This document shows, piece after piece, positions 16,587 to 24,808 of a DNA stretch of 26,073 nucleotides. Within the stretch, counting starts at the first letter, position 1. Every line of letters starts with the position of its first letter. The DNA comes from Candidatus Xenobia bacterium (GTDB taxonomy: Bacteria > Vulcanimicrobiota > Xenobia > Xenobiales > QWHO01), in the NCBI GenBank assembly GCA_045863235.1, contig BTUM01000101.1, forward strand, positions 1 to 26,073, read 5' to 3'. Below the pieces are notes generated by a model that was given only the letters and a program-made list of their open reading frames with translations, made no database searches and was not told the origin of the DNA. Made by a program: the position numbers and the translations under genes.

Positions 16587-17987
16587 TTGGACGAGATTCT
16601 CGGTGGGCTGCGCCGGGAAGGTCGACTGGAAGGCCGGGGCGCCTTCACGGTGGACCTGGAGCAGGCCATGCGCAAGCTGGCCGAGCGCCAGCTCGACCTG
16701 CCCGGCCTTTACCTGCTGAAAACGATCCAGGCGGCGGTGGCCCTGCAGGCTCTGGACATCGACATCCGCATCGGCGCCGCAGAGGTGCGCTGTAGCGCAA
16801 CGCTCCCGGCCCAGGGCGACTTGCCCGAGGACGTCCCCCGCGTGCTGGAAGGGCCCTTCCAGGAGTTTGGCTCTCCCGCTCTGCGGCACCTGGCCTGGGC
16901 CTGGACTGCGCTGGCCGCGCTCGAGCCGGAATGGGCCACCCTGTCGGTGGCCAACTGCACCCTGCGGCTGGAGCGTGGAGAAACGTCCTGGAGCTCGCTC
17001 CAGACAGGCAACCAGCTCTGCCTGAAACTGCGGCGCTCAGCCGGCAGCTGGTGGCGACGCCTGCTGCCGGCACTGGCCCGGCGCACGGCCGAGCACGCCA
17101 TGGTGAGCCGATTGGCGGCCTTCTGCCCGGTGCCGGTCCGGCTCGACGGCCGGCAGGTGGACGGCAGCGAGCCCCGCCTGGACAGCTGGCAGAAGCGTCC
17201 CCTCGGAATTCTCACGACGGCCTTCTACCAACCCATCCGCAAGGACCACCTGGTGGGACACCGGCTGATCCTCCGCCCCTCGGGACGAGTGTCGGCCCTC
17301 CCTCCCCTGCTCCAGAAGGCTGGGAGCGTGGCCGTGAACGACCGCGAGATCGTCACCGGGAGTTATCTCCAATCTCCGCTGGTCTACAGCTGGAAGCTCC
17401 CCGAAGCCGAGCCCGTGCTGCTACGAGGTATCTACCACCCCGAGCACATCCAGCTCGACCAGTGTTACGTAGTGGGCATGAACAGCGGATACGTGGGCCA
17501 GGAAGCGCACTACGACGTCGACCGAATGGCCTGTCTGGGCCTGCTCCTGCCAGCGGTTCATTCTCATCTGGGGCCTGGCTCGCGCAACATCCCGAGCCGG
17601 GTCCTGACCCCTCCCCGACCGTTCTATCGCCCACCCGCCGAGCAGGCCGTCCCGCTCTGCTGGGCCCATCTCTGGCTGCCGGCCGACCAGGGCGACTTGC
17701 CGGGCCGTGTCTACCCCTGTCAGCACGGCGTTCTGCTCGATCCGGTGGAAGGCGACCTGGGCTACCCGGGGGCCCTGGCCGTGGTCTCGGCCGACCACCT
17801 CCAGACCGACCTCTCTCAACTGGCGGTGGTGCGGGATGAGAGCTGGAATGCCCTGTGGACGGACCTGCAGGACGAGGTGCTCGAGTTCCGCTCGTGGCTT
17901 ACCCGGTCTGAAGGAGTGCGCCTGCTGGCCGACCTGGACTACCTGGTGATGAGTCACATCCAGCGCAGGCTGACTGCTCCTCCGTGA
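16587..17987 (+). CDS. Hypothetical protein, possibly with a degenerate GHKL/Hsp90-like N-terminal fold
   Basis: 466-aa ORF, TTG start after GGAG; GAFTVDLEQAMRKLAERQL..P..YLLKTIQAAVALQALDIDI and CPVPVRLDG weakly resemble GHKL-type N-domains without the ATP-binding Asn/Asp/Gly motifs. Confidence 0.65.
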   Translation: MDEILGGLRREGRLEGRGAFTVDLEQAMRKLAERQLDLPGLYLLKTIQAAVALQALDIDIRIGAAEVRCSATLPAQGDLPEDVPRVLEGPFQEFGSPALRHLAWAWTALAALEPEWATLSVANCTLRLERGETSWSSLQTGNQLCLKLRRSAGSWWRRLLPALARRTAEHAMVSRLAAFCPVPVRLDGRQVDGSEPRLDSWQKRPLGILTTAFYQPIRKDHLVGHRLILRPSGRVSALPPLLQKAGSVAVNDREIVTGSYLQSPLVYSWKLPEAEPVLLRGIYHPEHIQLDQCYVVGMNSGYVGQEAHYDVDRMACLGLLLPAVHSHLGPGSRNIPSRVLTPPRPFYRPPAEQAVPLCWAHLWLPADQGDLPGRVYPCQHGVLLDPVEGDLGYPGALAVVSADHLQTDLSQLAVVRDESWNALWTDLQDEVLEFRSWLTRSEGVRLLADLDYLVMSHIQRRLTAPP

Positions 17988-18000
17988 CGAAAGCTGGCCA

Positions 18001-18333
18001 ATGCTCAAGCGTCTTCTTCTGGTCATCATGCTTCAAGTTGCGGTGCTGGCTCAGACTGGACAACCTCGCAGCGACCGGGTCGTCGGCTATTGGGTCTCAT
18101 CGAGCGGAAAGGAGGTCACCCTGGCCTACTCAGGCCAGCCGGAGACCTTTCTGGTCCAGGTCTACAACCAGAGCGGCCCGCCCACCGAGTACACCGCCCA
18201 CTGGACCTCTGACAGCGAGTTCTATTACGATGCCCGGGACGAGCGCGTGCTGGGCCTCTACCGCCCCGACTCGGACAGCGTGAAGATCTTCAACCAGAAG
18301 CGCTCCTGGTCGGCAGTCTGGAAGCGCCGCTGA
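18001..18333 (+). CDS. Small secreted hypothetical protein
   Basis: Sec signal MLKRLLLVIMLQVAVLA; aromatic beta-rich mature part; 13 nt and 7 nt from its neighbours. Confidence 0.75.
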   Translation: MLKRLLLVIMLQVAVLAQTGQPRSDRVVGYWVSSSGKEVTLAYSGQPETFLVQVYNQSGPPTEYTAHWTSDSEFYYDARDERVLGLYRPDSDSVKIFNQKRSWSAVWKRR

Positions 18334-18340
18334 AAGGGGC

Positions 18341-18967
18341 ATGCTCAACCAGCTGCGCCAGACGGTTATGCCGGTCAAAATGGGGCTGGCTCGCCCCATC
18401 GCCGCTACCGGCATCCCCCCCAACCTGCTCACTCTACTGGCCGTTCCTCTATCCCTGGGAGCGGCCGGGCTGATCCTCCAGGGCCAGCCGGGCTGGGCCT
18501 TCGCGCTGGCCCTGCCCTCGGTGCTGGTCGACTTCGTGGATGGCCCGGTGGCCAAGCTCCAGGGCCGGGTGACCCCCTATGGCAACCTGCTCGAGTCGGT
18601 GGTGGACCGCGTGGTGGAAGCCGCTCTGCTGGCCGGCCTGGCCAGCGTTTTTCCGCTGGCCGCCGCCTCGGCGCTGGGCTGCTCGACCGTGGTCAGCTAC
18701 GTGAAGGCCCGCACTGGCCTGGTGATCGTCTCGGACAACCGCGAGTGGCCCGGCTGGGGCGACCGCTCCGATCGGGTCGTGCTGGTGCTGCTCTCGCTCT
18801 TGCTCCTGGCCCTGGGCTGGCGCGAGTGCGCCCAGCTGGCCCTGTGGACGGTGGCCAGCCTGTCAGCCGTGGGAGCGGTCCAACGGCTGATCTACGCCCG
18901 CAGCCTGATCCAGACGGGAGAGCTGCTCCCCTACCTGCGCCAGGACGGTCAGGCCCAGGACAGGTAA
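18341..18967 (+). CDS. CDP-alcohol phosphatidyltransferase family protein (PIP/AIP synthase-like)
   Basis: PNLLTLL, DFVDGPVAK..TPYGNLLESVVDR, VSYVKAR, RSDRVV; multiple TM helices. Confidence 0.88.
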   Translation: MLNQLRQTVMPVKMGLARPIAATGIPPNLLTLLAVPLSLGAAGLILQGQPGWAFALALPSVLVDFVDGPVAKLQGRVTPYGNLLESVVDRVVEAALLAGLASVFPLAAASALGCSTVVSYVKARTGLVIVSDNREWPGWGDRSDRVVLVLLSLLLLALGWRECAQLALWTVASLSAVGAVQRLIYARSLIQTGELLPYLRQDGQAQDR

Positions 18968-19908
18968 CCGCCCCGCGCGCCGGCTGCCCCGCTCACCACC
19001 AGCGCGCCCATGAAGTCGCGCCGTTCGTTGGCCACCGAGTCTCCCAGGTCAGGAGCCGAGCTCTCCAGCTTCTGGATGCTTTCCTCGACCAGCTCGTGGG
19101 TGGATCGGGCTCCTTTCAGGGAAGCCGCCAGGGCCAACCCTCCCCCGACCAGGGCCACGGGCGCTCCCAGCGTGGTCGCGCCCACGATGACCACTGCGGC
19201 CACCGAGCCCGCTCCCACCAGCAGGGGAGAGGCCAGTTGCTCCTGGTCCAGAGCGATGGCCAGCCCGTCCGCAACCGCCCCCGGAAAGAGCAAGACAGCG
19301 GTCGCACCGCCAGCCAGGCGGGCCCACCAGCTCTGGGGGTCGTCCCCCTCCTGCAAGATGACCGGCACCATCCGGGTGCCCTCCCAGAGACCGGCAGCGT
19401 CCCCACGACCCTCGGTGCAGGCCGTAGAGATGCCCTCCGCCACCGCCGTCCTCACGCCCTGACCCGCGCCCTTCACGGCCCGCTCGACGAGGTTGCCTTC
19501 CGGCTTGTGGGAGGCCAGCTCGCGAGCCACCCTGGAGTGATCCCCGGCAGGCGCCAGGAGCTGCTTGCCGATCTTGAGCGCCGAGCCGGCCAGCGGCTGA
19601 ACACGAGACTTCTTCTTGCCCCGACCACGGGTCAGAGCGGCCAGAACCGCCAGCTGAACACCCGTGGCCACTTCGAGCACCCGAGCCAGCTCTTTCTCCT
19701 TCAGTCCGCCGCTGGCCCCGTTGACGGCTCCGGCAACCAGGCCGGGAAGGACGGCGATTGGGACCTTGCCGGCCGCCTGCACCGTCTGACACACCCTTTC
19801 CAGGGCCACCCGGGCCAGCGGCTCGGAGTCGCCCGGCGGATCGGAGGCAGCGCCAGCCCTCTTGGGGCGGGCCGCGAGCGGCGGTGACCAGGAGACGGGA
19901 AGAATCAT
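18949..19908 (-). CDS. Hypothetical Gly/Ala-rich membrane-associated protein
   Basis: 319-aa ORF fills the gap between genes; LPGLVAGAVNGASGG and LFPGAVADGL quasi-repeat; hydrophobic hairpin near the C-terminus; 19-nt convergent overlap with the transferase. Confidence 0.65.
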   Translation of the reverse strand: MILPVSWSPPLAARPKRAGAASDPPGDSEPLARVALERVCQTVQAAGKVPIAVLPGLVAGAVNGASGGLKEKELARVLEVATGVQLAVLAALTRGRGKKKSRVQPLAGSALKIGKQLLAPAGDHSRVARELASHKPEGNLVERAVKGAGQGVRTAVAEGISTACTEGRGDAAGLWEGTRMVPVILQEGDDPQSWWARLAGGATAVLLFPGAVADGLAIALDQEQLASPLLVGAGSVAAVVIVGATTLGAPVALVGGGLALAASLKGARSTHELVEESIQKLESSAPDLGDSVANERRDFMGALVVSGAAGARGGYLSWA

Positions 19909-19963
19909 CGTCTACAGATTTACCGCGCAGGCCTGAAAGGAAGTTGATGGCGAACCTTCCGAC

Positions 19964-20293
19964 ATGACCGCTCGCCTGGCAGTCTTGCTTTTCTTCCTGG
20001 CCGCGCTGTGCGCCTGGAGTCTTTATCCGCCCTGGCGCGTCGAGCTGCTCGAGCCTGTCCCCGACGAGAGCAAGCCCACCGGCTTCACCGCCGAGCGCAT
20101 CGAGCTCCACTCGATCTTCTGGTCTCCCCCGCAGCTCTCGAACGCCGGTCCGGGGCGCCTGACGGAGGACCTGGAGTCGGACCCGGTGTCGTTTCGCCAG
20201 AGCCACATCCACTGGAAGCTGCTGTTTCTGGGCGATGGCCTGATCCTGATCGGACTGGCCCTCTCCCTCAAAGCGACCAGGCGGGTGCCTTAA
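19964..20293 (+). CDS. Small hypothetical membrane protein (two TM segments)
   Basis: N- and C-terminal hydrophobic helices flanking YPPW...IFWSPP; 4-nt convergent stop overlap with the next gene. Confidence 0.65.
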   Translation: MTARLAVLLFFLAALCAWSLYPPWRVELLEPVPDESKPTGFTAERIELHSIFWSPPQLSNAGPGRLTEDLESDPVSFRQSHIHWKLLFLGDGLILIGLALSLKATRRVP

Positions 20294-21114
20294 GGCAGCA
20301 GCTGCTTCTCGAGCTCGAGCAGAGCCTGATAGACCCGTCGGAAGGGGGGAACGTCGTCGTTGGACCACACCCCTCGCACGCGCTCCTCCCCGCCAGCGTT
20401 GACCAGCTTGATCTGGGGGCAGGCCTCGTCGGGCACGATCGGCCTCCGGGGCGGATTCACGAAGCCCAGCAGATCGTTTTGAACCACCAGCTCGAAGAGG
20501 GCGCTGGCGTTCACCTTACCCTGACCGTGGCGCCCGGCCGGTATCGTCTCCACCTCGGCCCGGCCGTCACCGTGCACGATCAGGCGGCGGCCGCCGTGGA
20601 GGCCGTGCACGTCGTCGAGCTCGAGCCGGGCCCGCTCAAAACCGTCTAGAAAGAAACCAGCGGTGGGATTCTGGCTTTCCACCTCGGCCACAGCCCGGGC
20701 CGGAGCGATCCCATCGATGACGCGAATGAAGCCAGGCGTGTACTTCCTCATCATGGCGTGATTGGTGGCCAGCAGGGGGCCGAGCAACCCATCGGTCATC
20801 GGTCCCTCGTCCAGGGCCACGTAGGTCTTGTAGCGCACCTCGCCATCGGAGTAATCGAGCTCGAAGTTGCCCACCGCCATGCCGTAATTGGCCCGGGTAA
20901 TGAACTCGGCCACAGCCGGGCGATGCTCCTGGGGGATGTTGGCGGGCAGGACTCCGTAGCAGAGCAGCTCGCGAGCGTTACGCTCGCTGACGAAGCAGGC
21001 CCAGTCGACCACTCCCGAGCAGGTGAAACGGAGGGTGGGCTTCTCGGGGTGGGCCTGGACCTCGACGCCCTTGGACTGCAGATGGTTGCGCACAAAATCG
21101 AGCAGGTATCCCAT
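20290..21114 (-). CDS. YbjN-domain protein (type III chaperone-like fold) fused to an extra C-terminal domain
   Basis: IPQEHRPAVAEFITRANYGMAVGNFELDYSDGEVRYK is the YbjN signature; C-domain LDDVHGLHGGRRLIVHGDG..VPDEACPQI. Start set at ATG 21114. Confidence 0.8.
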   Translation of the reverse strand: MGYLLDFVRNHLQSKGVEVQAHPEKPTLRFTCSGVVDWACFVSERNARELLCYGVLPANIPQEHRPAVAEFITRANYGMAVGNFELDYSDGEVRYKTYVALDEGPMTDGLLGPLLATNHAMMRKYTPGFIRVIDGIAPARAVAEVESQNPTAGFFLDGFERARLELDDVHGLHGGRRLIVHGDGRAEVETIPAGRHGQGKVNASALFELVVQNDLLGFVNPPRRPIVPDEACPQIKLVNAGGEERVRGVWSNDDVPPFRRVYQALLELEKQLLP

Positions 21115-21230
21115 AGCCCGGCGCAATTCGAGCCAGACGGTCGGTCCGCCCTGCTCAGCGCCGCGATAGACGCGAAGCTGCTCCAGGAGCAAGAGCGCTG
21201 CGGCGAACGGAACTGCGTTCCACCAAGGTG

Positions 21231-22250
21231 TCAGGGTCCCTGGCGCTCACGCGAGCGGATAAACACGCCACCCACGCGCAATCCCCCGTCCTCCACCTGC
21301 ACCGCCGCCGATGGACCGCCGGCGCTCAGGCGGCTGGCCTCCTCGCGGATGGAGCGGGCCTGCTCGCGACGATCGTGCAACAGTGGGGTCCAGCGCTCGA
21401 CCAGGTCCTCCATGCCGACCTTCGCGAAGCGCCCCCCCAGGTCGCGGCCGAGGCTGTGGCCGACCGAGCGCAGCACGATGGTGGACAGGAATCCGCCGCT
21501 GGCCGTGCCCACCAGAGCCAGCCCCAGCCCCACCGTGGGATCGGTCAGCATCGCGCCAGCCAGGGCTCCAGTCAGGGCCAGACCAAGCCCCAGCCCGATG
21601 CGCCCCCCGTTCACGGCCCAGCGCCTGGCTCGCAGACAGCCTGCCTGCATCTCTTCCAGGGTCTCTCCACGAGCCTGACCGGCCAGGCTCCGGTCGATCT
21701 CCAGCGATGCCAGCGCGGCGGCCTTCTCGGGGCCTTCCGGCAGGGCCACCACCTGAGTGCGGATCTCATCGAGCAGGCCGGTCAGCTCGTTGTCTCGTCC
21801 GGATGGCGTGGCCGCCGGCAGGCTGGGGGGCGTGGGATCCTTCCAGCGCTCGATGACCGCTCCCAGGCCGGGGGTCTGAACGTGCCGGGCGGTCCAGCTC
21901 TGAGCCCCGTCGTGGGCCAGGTGAGCGAGCACCAGACCGGGCAGAAGGCCGGCCGAGAGGCCACCCAGGATACCCAGGGGACCTGCGCCCTGAGCTGCCA
22001 GCTGCCAGGCCAGCGCGCCACCCAGCCCCAGTCCCGCCATCAGGCCCGCGCCAGCGGCCGTGCGCTCGATCAAGACGGCCCGCCCGGCCAGTCGCTCCAT
22101 TTCCTCAACGCTCTCGCCCCGTCCCGATCCCAGCACCAGCTCATCCTGAGCCAGCCTTTGCATGGCGGCCGTCTTGGAGGGCGAGGCCTCCATCCGGGAG
22201 AGATTCTGGCGCGACTGCTCGAGGCGTGCCTGCAAGACCTGGACATGCAC
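21231..22250 (-). CDS. Hypothetical membrane protein with internal duplication of a TM-hairpin module
   Basis: RGESVEEM...GLGLGGALA...VIERW repeated as RGETLEEM...GLALTGALA...LVERW; starts 9 nt after the RUS1-like stop. Confidence 0.75.
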   Translation of the reverse strand: MHVQVLQARLEQSRQNLSRMEASPSKTAAMQRLAQDELVLGSGRGESVEEMERLAGRAVLIERTAAGAGLMAGLGLGGALAWQLAAQGAGPLGILGGLSAGLLPGLVLAHLAHDGAQSWTARHVQTPGLGAVIERWKDPTPPSLPAATPSGRDNELTGLLDEIRTQVVALPEGPEKAAALASLEIDRSLAGQARGETLEEMQAGCLRARRWAVNGGRIGLGLGLALTGALAGAMLTDPTVGLGLALVGTASGGFLSTIVLRSVGHSLGRDLGGRFAKVGMEDLVERWTPLLHDRREQARSIREEASRLSAGGPSAAVQVEDGGLRVGGVFIRSRERQGP

Positions 22251-22259
22251 AGGGATAGA

Positions 22260-23777
22260 CTATTCCGACCCGCCCAAAGGTCTCTGAAACACCGCCCGGG
22301 GCCCAACAAGACTCACTCGCGGCGACGGCAGGCTGGGGGCGGCCGCCAGGTTCAGGCCCAGAACGGCAGCCCGGAGCCAGTTCCCTGATGAAGAGGGCGC
22401 TTTCCCCGCACGGTCTGGCTCGAGCCGAGACTCCGGGGGCGGCTCTTCGCCGGGGGCCGGATCCTCCCAGCGCGCCCGGATTCCGGTGTCGGAGAGGCGG
22501 ATCAGGTCGGTGCTCCAGCCGGCTTTCTTCATGTCGGCGAGCAGAGGCTGAACATCGGCCGGGGTCTGGCTCAGACTCTCCTTCACCAGCCAGCGCTCGG
22601 CTGCGGCGGTGCCCTGCTCGAGCTGCAGCCTGGCAAAGGCGTGGCTGGCCCGCAGACCCTCCAGGCGGATGATCTGGAGGGTGGCCTGCATCCGGTCCTG
22701 GGGCTCGCAGCCCTCTCGCAGCAAGACGTAGGGCTCGCCCTCGCGCAGATCGAGCAGATACTGCCGGCCTTTGTAGAGATGGCGAAGCTGCTCCCAGCGC
22801 TGGGGGTTCTCGAGCAGAGGCCGGCCCGAGCGTCCCAGAACGATCCGGTCGCGGCACCTGAGCGAAGCCATCATCGGCAGAAAGCGGTCTCGGGCGGGTC
22901 CCACCACCTGGCCCTCGCGGTCGAGGTGGTCGACCACGCGGCGCAGGCCCTGCTCGTTGACCGGGTGGTAATCGAGGTGCTTGACGAACTGGGCCATGGT
23001 TACCACTCCTAGAATCCCCACCACACCCGCCACCATCAGCGCGCTGGCGCCTCCGCTCAGGTGGCGGGCGAGCTCGAGCCCGGCCAGCCCCCCCACCAGC
23101 GAGACGACCGTGCCCTGGTTGCCGTTCTTGACCTGCAGTTCGCCCAGGTTGTCGCCCACCGCCTGGCGGGGATTGATGCTGGCCGAGGCCGCCCCGCTCA
23201 TGACTCCGGCGATGGTGCTGATGGCAAAGGCGGACAGGGTCACGGCCAGGATGCCGCCGGGGACCTGCGAGGTTACCGCGGGCAGGGCCGCGCAGGCCTG
23301 CACCAGGGTGCCGACGTTGGCGATGACCTCGCCCCCCAGGATCCAGGCCCGCGGATTCTTCATGGCCTTGTCCACGTGGAAGGAGGTCACGAAGCCGACG
23401 GCCTGGCACATCCGGTCGCGGATCATGTTGTAGGTCTGCATCCCGGCTCCGCCCCAGAGCGGGTCGAGCCCGAGGGCGGCGAACACGGCGGCGCCGACCA
23501 CGAAGCCGCCCACGGCGTGGACCAGGTCGCGGGCGCAATCCCAGGCGCGCGTGGGCAGGTAGTCTCGGCTGACCGACCGGTGCATGTCCACCGGGAAGAA
23601 CATGTTCTTCAGCAAGAGGGTACCGCTGCCCGAGGCGCGACCATTGCCCCCCTCCTGAACGAACACCTCTCCCTGCTCGTCCGCGGCATAGACGGTGGCC
23701 TTGCCGTGAACGATGTCGGTCACCTGGCGGCTGGCGCTGGCCAGGACGAAGGGGGGCCGCGTGGATTGAATCAGCAT
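22260..23777 (-). CDS. RUS1/DUF647 (root UV-B sensitive / RUSF1)-like membrane protein
   Basis: FFPVDMHRSVSRDYLPTRAWD, NPRAWILGGE, IAGVMSGAASASI..NLGELQVKNGNQGTVVSLVG, PVNEQGL..GQVVGP, IVLG, YLL, DMKKAGWSTD follow in order the remembered RUS motifs (FLPxGxPxSVSxDYL..W; PKxWR; GATRA..NxAD..AK..SQ; TLN; GW). Confidence 0.8.
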   Translation of the reverse strand: MLIQSTRPPFVLASASRQVTDIVHGKATVYAADEQGEVFVQEGGNGRASGSGTLLLKNMFFPVDMHRSVSRDYLPTRAWDCARDLVHAVGGFVVGAAVFAALGLDPLWGGAGMQTYNMIRDRMCQAVGFVTSFHVDKAMKNPRAWILGGEVIANVGTLVQACAALPAVTSQVPGGILAVTLSAFAISTIAGVMSGAASASINPRQAVGDNLGELQVKNGNQGTVVSLVGGLAGLELARHLSGGASALMVAGVVGILGVVTMAQFVKHLDYHPVNEQGLRRVVDHLDREGQVVGPARDRFLPMMASLRCRDRIVLGRSGRPLLENPQRWEQLRHLYKGRQYLLDLREGEPYVLLREGCEPQDRMQATLQIIRLEGLRASHAFARLQLEQGTAAAERWLVKESLSQTPADVQPLLADMKKAGWSTDLIRLSDTGIRARWEDPAPGEEPPPESRLEPDRAGKAPSSSGNWLRAAVLGLNLAAAPSLPSPRVSLVGPRAVFQRPLGGSE

Positions 23778-23813
23778 CGCCCCCCTATTGCACCACAGGG
23801 CGCGTCCGAGCTT

Positions 23814-23851
23814 CGTCGTCTCAGCGTCAAATCGGCTGGCGGAAGGTAAAC
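23814..23851 (-). promoter_or_regulatory. Shared upstream motif, copy 4
   Basis: Minus strand GTTTACCTTCC-N13-ACGCTG-N4-GACG, with the same three blocks and spacing as 7761-7798; preceded by an A8 tract; 36 nt before ATG 23777. Confidence 0.6.
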
Positions 23852-23933
23852 TTTTTTTTGCGGGTGGTCGCCTGACGTCGTGCGCTCACCCAGAGCAGCC
23901 AGGGATCGGGGACCGAGGGCCTAAGGATACCGC

Positions 23934-24356
23934 ATGCGCACTCTATCGCTGGGCCTGATAGCGCTCTTGCTGGTGGTGAGCGCGCGGGCCGAGGACCTGG
24001 TGACTCTGGCCCGCGAATATCGCCAGTTGCGTGAGGTGCGAGGCTGGTTCTCGGGCGGGGACCAGTGGGTCGAGGCGGTGGACTCGTGGAACGGGCGCAA
24101 GCACCGGGTGATGGGGCGGCTGGGAGCGTTACTGGGGGACGGCCGCCACCGGGCGGTGGAGGTGGAGGAGCTGATGGGACCGCCGGACAAGACCGCTGCC
24201 CCGGGCTCGAATCTGTGGGCTCTGGCCGGAGGGGAATGCGGGGAGGGCACCCAGCGGATGCTCATCTACTCCTGGCGAGGCGGGCACGACTTCCTGTGCT
24301 TTTGGTACCGCGATGGGCAGATCACCGGTAGCCACTGGTGGATGGCCGGAGAATAG
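23934..24356 (+). CDS. Small secreted hypothetical protein
   Basis: Sec signal MRTLSLGLIALLLVVSARA; AAGGA upstream; EVEELMGPPD...LIYSW resembles a SmpA/BamE-like fold motif. Confidence 0.75.
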   Translation: MRTLSLGLIALLLVVSARAEDLVTLAREYRQLREVRGWFSGGDQWVEAVDSWNGRKHRVMGRLGALLGDGRHRAVEVEELMGPPDKTAAPGSNLWALAGGECGEGTQRMLIYSWRGGHDFLCFWYRDGQITGSHWWMAGE

Positions 24357-24399
24357 CGTCTCTCTTATCATCGCCCCGAGGGCCTAAGCTCAGGACCTG

Positions 24400-24690
24400 T
24401 CAAGACCTGGTGCGGGTGCGCACTCCTGCCACATCCAAGAAGCCCGCCCCGTGGAGGATGCCGCCGCCGCCCCCCTGGAGCCCTCCCGCGAGCTGCTCGA
24501 CCACAGTCTCAGCTGGCCGCTCGAAAGAGGGGGGGAGCTGGTTGCGGGAGCTGAGCAAGGCTTGCTGCAACCGGTCGACCTCGAGCGAGGCCTTTATGAC
24601 AGAGCGATGTAACGCTAACGAGCTTAAGCTTTGAACCGCTTAAGGTGCCTGATGTCGAGATGGTACGGTGCTCTGGAGTTCCTGTGTCAT
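24400..24690 (-). pseudogene. Possible interrupted small gene (in-frame TAA at 24642-24640)
   Basis: Hand translation: MTQELQSTVPSRHQAP*AVQSLSSLALHRSVIKASLEVDRLQQALL...GGGGGILHGAGFLDVAGVRTRTRS*. The C-terminus resembles that of 21231-22250. Confidence 0.35.
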
Positions 24691-24808
24691 GCCGTTCTCT
24701 CGACCTCGGTCTGGGCAGAATCCCCTGCAGTGTTGCTCCGAGCTGTTTCAGCAAGCAGGCCCGGCGGGGTGCGCAGGGCTCTGCCGCCGCCTCAAAGAAG
24801 GCCTGGCT

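Noticed and set aside
19909..19963. Fifth copy of the shared motif upstream of 18949-19908
   Set aside because: Only a partial match (CATCAACTTCC) with no ACG block at the right spacing.
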